A stretch of 10,578 bases of DNA from an uncultured Myxococcales bacterium. GTDB lineage: Bacteria > Myxococcota > UBA4151. A model generated the notes under the pieces. It made no database searches. It had not been told where the DNA came from and saw only the letters and a program-made list of their open reading frames with translations. Within the stretch, counting starts at the first letter, position 1. Every line of letters begins with the position of its first letter. Where the stretch lies: contig CAXGWI010000125.1 in the NCBI GenBank assembly GCA_964013405.1, positions 1 through 10,578 of the forward strand. The letters run 5' to 3'. Made by a program: the position numbers and the translations under genes. Shown one piece after another: positions 5,701-10,578 of this stretch.

Positions 5701-8322
5701 GGTTTCTTGGTCGACACCAACTCATTCCAGGCGATCGACGGCCGGGCGATGCACAGTGAGGAAGCCCTTGGCAGTTGGACGGTCCAGGACAATACCTTTC
5801 TAGGTCCCATCGGTTCCGACGGCGTGAGTATCGTTGATTTTGGTGGTTCGGGTTTCCGAGTGACCGGCAACACGCTCCAAACCATCGATGGATACGGTGT
5901 CCACGGGCGGGATAGTTTAGGGAGTTGGACAGTCCAAGATAATACCTTCCTCGGCCCGATCGGTCTCGATGGCGTGATGTTGAACCGGGTCGGTGGTGAT
6001 GGCCTTCTGCAGGGTAACGAGATGGAAGAAATGACCGGCAATGGTTTTGGGCTGTTGCATCTCGGCGGCCAGGAAGAGGCTTTGGGCAGTTGGACCGTCC
6101 AAGACAACACCTTCCTCGGTCCCATCGGTCATGATGGCATCAGCGTGACAGGCTTTGTCGGCGCGGCCATGACGGTCTCAGACAATAGCCTCACGGGCAT
6201 CAGCGGGCGGGGGATCCTAATCACCGGGAGTACGGCGACCGTGACGATGGAGGACAACACGGTCACCGATACCAGCGGCAACGGCGTCGTTGCCTCGGGT
6301 TTCAGTTCGGGGGCTAACCTCAACTTCAACCGCAACGACATCAACGGCGCTCGTGGTTTGGCAGCCCGATTCAACAACATGGGCGGTGCCATCAGCGCCT
6401 CTTCCAATCAATTCCGCAACACCCGGTCGGCAGAGCAAGGGGGTCATGGCGGCGCCCATGCCACCGGGCTCGGGCTCCAGGCCACCGAAGTCCGTTCCAT
6501 GAATCTCGCCAGCAATGCTTTTGATGGCAATACGGGGGGCGGCCTCGTCGTCGACCTTCAGGCTTGGGAAGAGGTGGAAGATCTCGTGGCCGGAGGCGAA
6601 GACCAAGTGAGCGTTGTCCTGCAAAACAACACGGTCTTGAACCCGGCCGGAAACCTTCCAGCCTTCGCCTTGCAGCACTTGCCAGAGGGGGCCCAGGTGG
6701 GCGGCAACAATCAACAAGACGCGGATCCAGACCTCAGCTTGGAGCGGGCCTATGCAGCGCGAGAAGGTTGTGGTGACGGGCTGCCGGAAGCCCCAGAGAC
6801 TTGTGATGACGGGAATCTGGACGCCAACGATGGCTGTGCGCCCAACTGCACGCTGGAACTCGGTGGGCGCATGCAACTGGCCTTGGGGGCTCGCTTCAGT
6901 TGCTACTTGAACCCAGATGCACAGGACCCACTTCGGTGTTGGGGGGACAATGCCTCGGCCCAGATGGGCCTTCAGCCCAGTCAGGGGCATGTGGGCGTCG
7001 AAGCCATCACCGTTGGACCGGTCGGTGAGGATTGGGAGATCCTCCAAATCGCCGCGGGGGACTTTCATGCCTGTGCCTTGGCCGAGCGCCAAAGCGTTCG
7101 CCGGATCTATTGTTGGGGGCGAATGAACAATGGGCAAACGGGTCACAGCATCGGCGAGGTCGACTGTGTGGACTCCGATTCTTGGCCAGGAAATGACGGC
7201 GGTGCCGGCGCTGGCGAAGACTGTTTCGTCGATGATGACTGTGCTGAAGGACTCATGTGTGGCGGCCCAGGCCAAGGCTGTATTCCAGATCGGGGCGGCG
7301 GCGGCGGACCGGGCGGTGCTGAGGATCTGCTGATTTGTACACCGGTGCGCTCCGTCCCCGTGAAGATGGAGGACCAAGAGGCTGTGGAAGCGGTGTATTC
7401 GGTCACGGCCGGCCGCCGCCACAGTTGTGCACTGGTCCGCCTCGACGGGCGTCGAGCCGTGGTGTGCTGGGGGGCCTACGAGCAACAGCAACAGGGGATT
7501 TGGCCCAACGCCTTCGGTATCTTCGATGAGAATGACCCGAATCTGGTGCCTGGGGGTGGCCAGCAGGGGGCTGGTATGGTGGATAACACGGCCCATCGGG
7601 TGTATATGCAGGGGGTCGAACCCCACGCCTTAGTCACCGGGGACGATTTTAACTGCATTCTCGATGTGGCCGGGCGAGCCTACTGTTGGGGGGTCAACGA
7701 CAAGGGACAATTGGGTCGAGGTCAGGCCCTTGCTGATCCGGATGCGCTCGAAGACCCCAATGACACCGGTCGGGTGTGGCCGGTCCTCACCGAAGTGCGG
7801 TTTCAAGCCTTGGCTGCCGGTCGAGATCACGTCTGTGGTGTGAGCATCCATATGGGGGTGTTCTGCTGGGGCAGCAACGCGCGGGGGCAGATGGGTCACG
7901 GTGCCCCGGTGCCCGAGAGCCAGATTCAGTGGGAGCCTGAGATGATCAACCCGCTTATTGTGAGCCCTGTGATGAGTCTGGCTGCCGGTGGCGGGCATAC
8001 CGTCTTACTCGACTTGGAGTTTGCGGACGCACCCAGGAGTTGGGGGGACAACCGTTGGAACCAAATGGGGAATCCGGCGCAGGCCAACGGGGAAGACTTC
8101 CTTCCTCCCCTTCAAACCGTCCCGGTCATGGCCGAGGATCGGTTGCGTTCCGTCTTGGTGCGTACTGGTGCCGGAGAACGGCACAGTTGTGCTCTTGATG
8201 CGGCTGGTGACGTGGTCTGCTGGGGCAACAATGAACTGAACCAGTGCTCAGCCGTCGCGGTCAATGGTGTCGACGCCGGCGATGACGAGATTCCCGAGCC
8301 GACCCGTCTCAACTTTCCCTAA
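2737..8322 (+). CDS. Giant surface lipoprotein / putative adhesin (1861 aa): lipoprotein signal, DGG linker, 19 Myxococcus-type Cys-rich (DUF4215-like) repeats, right-handed parallel beta-helix, one further Cys-rich repeat, C-terminal 7-bladed RCC1/BLIP-II-like propeller
   Basis: Uninterrupted 5.6-kb ORF. Signal MDLCRKSAAAALLSLALAFPAG|C (Cys23, 2803). CGDG-x5-14-ExCDDGN-x6-C-x3-C repeats. Beta-helix N-cap VWVAPGGNGNGASQASP...TLMLARGNH followed by xxNxF/G-I rungs. Seven AG.H.C....CWG.N..GQ.G units. Confidence 0.9.
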   Translation: MDLCRKSAAAALLSLALAFPAGCGLVYDGAPPPVQVNTDGGSPALDGGPGPVDGGAVGRDAGGPDGGSGGCGDGVVQGDEACDDGNQLEDDGCRNDCRPAACGDGIRRTDLQDPAAEGYEACDDGNGNNGDACTVECLEARCGDGHLRVGVEACDDGNDVDDDGCSNACAEARCGDGIVQADEGCDDGNRDELDACLNHCQPARCGDGLPRQDRAVGEAGAEACDDGNDNNNDACLDDCQLARCGDGEVQEGVEACDDGNQDDLDACGNDCRLAACGDGRVQAGEACDDGNDVETDGCRANCQAARCGDGVRRVDIGPGQAGHEACDDGNDVQTDSCLNNCEAARCGDGHRGPGEGCDDGNDVDDDDCSNQCQALSCGDGNVQAGEACDDGNQVEEDGCTNNCALASCGDGFVRGDVNPGEAGFEACDDGNGIDQDACTNACANARCGDGLVWDGEEACDDGNRIHDDGCSNDCEGARCGDQIVQAGEACDDGDQDDQDACLRNCLAARCGDGVRRLGEVEEACDDGNRVDGDACTNACTVAVCGDGIVRVGEEACDDGNQVNDDDCSNNCALPGCGDGVVQAGEVCDDGNAEDADGCLGDCGAVARCGDGVRRLDLQDGEAGFEGCDDGNQSDSDACLNSCREAVCGDGIRRDDLGEGEAGFEACDDGNGVAADSCLNDCRTARCGDGVRRLDLEDWQQGYEACDDGNVVDDDACPNDCQLDEPDPVGEPSFDCPAEALFNTQNPWYLAAEGTVVWVAPGGNGNGASQASPAGSPAIALAGLAADGGGTLMLARGNHQLQASIGAADITIVGACADETRVSGGTGTVVTATGGTLRISGVDLSSDIAAPGDGETRAAVVSATGGHLVMRHVVMSSGGAGHGTIVDSGRLTLQDSELGELGGDGVFGRDALGSWTVQDNTFLGPIGLDGISIIDFGGSGFRVQANSFRSIDGHGVHTTEALGSWTVQDNTFLGPIGLDGISIIDFGGSGFLVDTNSFQAIDGRAMHSEEALGSWTVQDNTFLGPIGSDGVSIVDFGGSGFRVTGNTLQTIDGYGVHGRDSLGSWTVQDNTFLGPIGLDGVMLNRVGGDGLLQGNEMEEMTGNGFGLLHLGGQEEALGSWTVQDNTFLGPIGHDGISVTGFVGAAMTVSDNSLTGISGRGILITGSTATVTMEDNTVTDTSGNGVVASGFSSGANLNFNRNDINGARGLAARFNNMGGAISASSNQFRNTRSAEQGGHGGAHATGLGLQATEVRSMNLASNAFDGNTGGGLVVDLQAWEEVEDLVAGGEDQVSVVLQNNTVLNPAGNLPAFALQHLPEGAQVGGNNQQDADPDLSLERAYAAREGCGDGLPEAPETCDDGNLDANDGCAPNCTLELGGRMQLALGARFSCYLNPDAQDPLRCWGDNASAQMGLQPSQGHVGVEAITVGPVGEDWEILQIAAGDFHACALAERQSVRRIYCWGRMNNGQTGHSIGEVDCVDSDSWPGNDGGAGAGEDCFVDDDCAEGLMCGGPGQGCIPDRGGGGGPGGAEDLLICTPVRSVPVKMEDQEAVEAVYSVTAGRRHSCALVRLDGRRAVVCWGAYEQQQQGIWPNAFGIFDENDPNLVPGGGQQGAGMVDNTAHRVYMQGVEPHALVTGDDFNCILDVAGRAYCWGVNDKGQLGRGQALADPDALEDPNDTGRVWPVLTEVRFQALAAGRDHVCGVSIHMGVFCWGSNARGQMGHGAPVPESQIQWEPEMINPLIVSPVMSLAAGGGHTVLLDLEFADAPRSWGDNRWNQMGNPAQANGEDFLPPLQTVPVMAEDRLRSVLVRTGAGERHSCALDAAGDVVCWGNNELNQCSAVAVNGVDAGDDEIPEPTRLNFP
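2947..4902 (+). repeat. Tandem array of 19 Myxococcus cysteine-rich repeats (DUF4215/TIGR02232-like), 31-40 aa each with 4 Cys
   Basis: Counted by eye from the translation: 19 CGD[GQ]...E.CDDG[ND]...C...C units. An isolated 20th copy lies at 6769-6858. Confidence 0.92.
5461..6129 (+). repeat. ~150-nt (50-aa) coding tandem repeat in the beta-helix, five copies each carrying LGSWTVQDNTFLGPIG
   Basis: Motif starts at 5467, 5617, 5767, 5917 and 6082 (spacings 150, 150, 150, 165 nt). Confidence 0.95.
6871..8319 (+). repeat. Seven RCC1-like repeats forming a predicted beta-propeller
   Basis: Units: LGARFSC..CWGDN, AGDFHAC..CWGRM, AGRRHSC..CWGAY, TGDDFNC..CWGVNDKGQLG, AGRDHVC..CWGSNARGQMG, AGGGHTV..SWGDNRWNQMG, AGERHSC..CWGNNELNQ; C-terminal closing strand PEPTRL. 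Confidence 0.85.
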
Positions 8323-8367
8323 AGATTGCCCTGGCGGCCCATGCACTTCGTGCCTAAACTAGACCTA

Positions 8368-8374
8368 GAGGAGG
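8368..8374 (+). promoter_or_regulatory. Shine-Dalgarno GAGGAGG for the A-type carrier gene (possible -10 TAAACT at 8355-8360)
   Basis: GAGGAGG lies 5 nt before an in-frame TTG at 8380. Confidence 0.65.
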
Positions 8375-8379
8375 CGACC

Positions 8380-8709
8380 TTGGAATCATTGGTTCAAGCG
8401 ACCGAACGCGCGATCGATCGGATCCAGACGCTGCTCTCGGATGAGCAGCAAGATGCCTCTGGTGTGCGTTTAGGCGTTAAAGGGGGCGGCTGCTCGGGCC
8501 TGGCCTACATGATGGAGTTCGACCATCGAGAGGATGGCGATCTGCTCGTGGAGCAAGGCGGCGTTCAGTTCTTTATGGACCGGAAATCCTCCATCTACTT
8601 GAAGGGGATTATTCTCGACTTCGATGGGGATTTGGGCGGCAAGGGCTTCGTCTTCACCAATCCCAACGCGTCTACCACCTGTGGTTGCGGCGAGTCCTTC
8701 TCCATTTAG
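8380..8709 (+). CDS. iscA: A-type iron-sulfur cluster carrier / assembly accessory protein (HesB/IscA/SufA/ErpA family), 109 aa
   Basis: GVRLGVKGGGCSGLAY, FFMDRKSSIYLKGIILDF and GFVFTNPNASTTCGCGESFSI contain all three conserved Cys. Start moved from the track's 8326 to TTG8380 because of the strong SD and typical family length (ATG8341 is an alternative). Subfamily (iscA vs erpA vs sufA) cannot be resolved by eye. Confidence 0.93.
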   Translation: MESLVQATERAIDRIQTLLSDEQQDASGVRLGVKGGGCSGLAYMMEFDHREDGDLLVEQGGVQFFMDRKSSIYLKGIILDFDGDLGGKGFVFTNPNASTTCGCGESFSI

Positions 8710-10363
8710 CCGCCAGGCCTGGGCTCGTCTCGATGACGAGGTCCAAGTCCTCCAAATCGAGGGCCCGGACGCTGCGGAGTGGCTTGCGGGCCAAACCACC
8801 AATGACGTGGTCCAACTTCCGGTCGGTCGCAGCCAAGAAAATGCCATCGCAGACCGCCAGGGCCGACTGCAGGCGAGCTTTTGGCTCTATCGCGAAGCAC
8901 AAGACGAGTTCCTAGCCCTTGTGCCCAAGGCCTGCAGCGACATGCTTTTGCAGCGCTTGGAGTCACACCTGTTTCGGGAGCGAGTGACCCTGGGGCCTTG
9001 GTTGCTTCGGTCGGTGATCCACATCGAGGGCTGGGGCTGCCGGCTTCGGCTCCCGGGATTGCCTCTAGGTGGTGGTCCAGTGGCGGGGGTCTTTGGTGAG
9101 CCTGTGTTGGCGGTTCCCAGCGATGAGGGCAGTGGCGAAGGCTTCCGGCTGATCTTCCCGAAGCAGCTCGGGGTTGAGGGACTGAGCCGATTGGCGGAGC
9201 TGGGTTTTGTCGCCCTTGAAGACAAGGAACTGGACCGCCTGCAGATCCGCGCGGGACGGGGCCGGTGGGGGGCAGAACTGAGCCAAGGGCAACTGTTGTC
9301 GAGTTCCGGGTTGGAGCGTCGGGCGGTGAGTGACAGTAAAGGCTGTTATGTGGGTCAGGAGGTGATCGCCCGGCTCAAGACCTACGGTGGGGTCAAAGAA
9401 CTGCTCTGCGGGCTTTCTATGGATGCAGAGCCGCCGGTCGCAGTGGGGCCACTCAGGCTACATGGTAAACGCTGCGGTCGTTTGACTCGCTGGGTGAAGG
9501 ATGGGGACCGCTGGTTGGGGCTCGCGTATCTCGATAAGGACCGGCGGACCCCAGGAGCGACCCATCGCTTCCAATTGGATGGTCGCCCGCTAGAAGCTCA
9601 GGTTCATTGGCTGCCGATCACGCCCCCCAGCACGGCCCAGCATCAGGCCCGGGCCCGGTATGAGGAAGCGCTGACCCGCTTCACTGAGGATCCTAGCGAT
9701 CAAGATGAGACGGTGATCAGCTTGTTGGAGGAAGCCCTCGTTTTCGATCCCGCTGACGAGGATGTCTACGAGGTGCTCGGCGTGGTGCTGCAGCGGCATG
9801 GTCGTATCGATGAAGCCATCGAAAGGATGGAGACCCTCGCCGCATTGGCGCCGAATTCGGTGATGCCCCATACCAACCTGAGTGTCCTCTACATGACCCA
9901 AGGGCGCATCGAAGACGCGGAATTGGAAAAAGCGAAGGCCACGGCCTTGGGCTTTCGTCGAGATCTGGAAGCACGCAAAGCCGAGAAGATGGCCGAGGTG
10001 GAACGGGCCCGACGGATCGCCGATGCCGAACGCAAGGTGTCGATGTTCAAAGAGGTGCTTGAGATCGACCCAGAAGATGCGCTGGCCAACTTCGGCTTGG
10101 GTCAGGCCTTTGGTATCCTCGGGCGTCATGAGGAAGCCTGCGAGGTACTCGAGCAGGCCGTTCGAGTCGAGCCGACGTATTCGGCAGCCTGGCTGGCGCT
10201 AGGTAAGTCCCGGGAGTTTTCTGAGGATATTGTGGCGGCCCGTCGGGCCTATGAAGAGGGCATGACCGTCGCTGCTCGGCGGGGGGACCTACAACCGCTC
10301 AGGGAGATGGAGCAGCGCCTGGGGCGGCTCCCGAACCCTGTTGACGCGGAAGGGCCCAGCTGA
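8681..10363 (+). CDS. ygfZ: YgfZ/Iba57 (GcvT-fold, Fe-S maturation) protein fused to a C-terminal tetratricopeptide-repeat region
   Basis: N-terminal VLQIEGPDAAEWLAGQTTNDV and ADRQGRL motifs; signature KGCYVGQEVIARL at 9338-9376; TPR-like helices from ~9632 (YEVLGVVLQRHGRIDEAIERM, PHTNLSVLYMTQGRIEDAE, ANFGLGQAFGILGRHEEA, YSAAWLALGKSRE). Start uncertain: GTG8681 or ATG8624, both inside the upstream gene. Confidence 0.88.
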   Translation: MVAASPSPFSRQAWARLDDEVQVLQIEGPDAAEWLAGQTTNDVVQLPVGRSQENAIADRQGRLQASFWLYREAQDEFLALVPKACSDMLLQRLESHLFRERVTLGPWLLRSVIHIEGWGCRLRLPGLPLGGGPVAGVFGEPVLAVPSDEGSGEGFRLIFPKQLGVEGLSRLAELGFVALEDKELDRLQIRAGRGRWGAELSQGQLLSSSGLERRAVSDSKGCYVGQEVIARLKTYGGVKELLCGLSMDAEPPVAVGPLRLHGKRCGRLTRWVKDGDRWLGLAYLDKDRRTPGATHRFQLDGRPLEAQVHWLPITPPSTAQHQARARYEEALTRFTEDPSDQDETVISLLEEALVFDPADEDVYEVLGVVLQRHGRIDEAIERMETLAALAPNSVMPHTNLSVLYMTQGRIEDAELEKAKATALGFRRDLEARKAEKMAEVERARRIADAERKVSMFKEVLEIDPEDALANFGLGQAFGILGRHEEACEVLEQAVRVEPTYSAAWLALGKSREFSEDIVAARRAYEEGMTVAARRGDLQPLREMEQRLGRLPNPVDAEGPS

Positions 10364-10577
10364 GGGCCACGGGACCGGCCGGTGGCGCTGGTAACTGCAT
10401 TTGATAGAGCAGGGGGCCCAGGCAATCCGGTGGGATCAAGTCCGGTCGGGGTGTCCAGTCGGGCTGCGGACGTCCAGACTCGCGCTCAGACTTGAGCCAG
10501 GTATCCAGGGCCTTTGGGATGCTGTGCAGCCGCTTAAGGAGTACCAGGGCTCGCCCGCTACCGGTCGGGCTCGCCTG
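10299..10577 (-). CDS. Probable 3' end of a convergent gene entering from the right edge (hypothetical protein)
   Basis: This minus frame is open from the window edge for 92 codons (QASPTGSGRALVLLKRLHSIPKALDTWLKSERESGRPQPDWTPRPDLIPPDCLGPLLYQMQLP...SP*) to TGA at 10301-10299. The other two minus frames stop earlier. It would overlap the ygfZ-TPR 3' end by 65 nt. No motif recognised. Confidence 0.35.
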   Translation of the reverse strand, partial: QASPTGSGRALVLLKRLHSIPKALDTWLKSERESGRPQPDWTPRPDLIPPDCLGPLLYQMQLPAPPAGPVALSWALPRQQGSGAAPGAAPSP

Positions 10578-10578
10578 G

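Noticed and set aside
5461..6129. Regularly spaced ~48-nt direct repeats as a CRISPR array or DGR template/variable repeats
   Set aside because: Repeats are in frame in a long CDS, differ only synonymously, and the spacers are homologous to each other. Differences are not adenine-specific, and there is no cas or reverse transcriptase gene in the window.
5467..6129. Invariant 16-mer as repeated RiPP core peptides
   Set aside because: The copies sit in register within beta-helix rungs (xVxxNxF pattern alternating with similar rungs) of a large lipoprotein. There are no leader or cleavage motifs and no modifying enzymes in the window.
3313..7626. Long antisense ORFs (3313-3915, 3949-4968, 5601-6125, 6217-7626)
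   Set aside because: These are shadows of the GC-rich, repetitive sense gene. Their translations mirror its repeats and show no independent motifs.
8326..8379. ORF-track N-terminal extension of the IscA-like protein (MPWRPMHFVPKLDLEEAT)
   Set aside because: The strong SD at 8368-8374 points to TTG8380, which gives the usual ~110-aa length. The extension has no family resemblance.
8704..8710. iscA-ygfZ as a pseudogene or sequencing frameshift of one gene
   Set aside because: The stop falls where stand-alone A-type carriers normally end (CGCGESFSx*) and both ORFs have intact motifs. Kept only as a hypothesis under the junction finding.
8681..9630. Glycine cleavage T protein (gcvT)
   Set aside because: It carries the YgfZ/Iba57-specific KGCYxGQE motif, and no gcvH or gcvP is nearby.
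10366..10386. GCCAC...GTGGC hairpin after the ygfZ-TPR stop as an intrinsic terminator
   Set aside because: The stem is short, there is no U-tract, and it probably lies within the convergent coding frame.

Overview
GC-rich bacterial DNA; protein motifs (Myxococcus-type Cys-rich repeats, DGG linker, MopE-like motif) point to a Myxococcota/Deltaproteobacteria-like organism, which is an inference. Left to right: (i) the 5' end of a minus-strand lipoprotein gene missed by the ORF track (82->1); (ii) a minus-strand membrane-anchored sulfatase-superfamily enzyme with Thr in place of the formylglycine Cys/Ser (2646->193); (iii) a divergent 1861-aa surface lipoprotein (2737-8322) with 19+1 Cys-rich repeats in a three-unit super-period, a right-handed beta-helix carrying five invariant 16-aa motifs, and a 7-bladed RCC1-like propeller, almost devoid of lysine; (iv) an A-type Fe-S carrier gene (iscA/erpA-like) overlapping a YgfZ(Iba57-like)-TPR fusion gene, joined at an ATT-TAG-C junction that could allow a +1 frameshift fusion; (v) the probable 3' end of a convergent gene. 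No RNA genes, mobile elements or CRISPR arrays were seen. All family assignments come from motif recognition by eye, not database searches.
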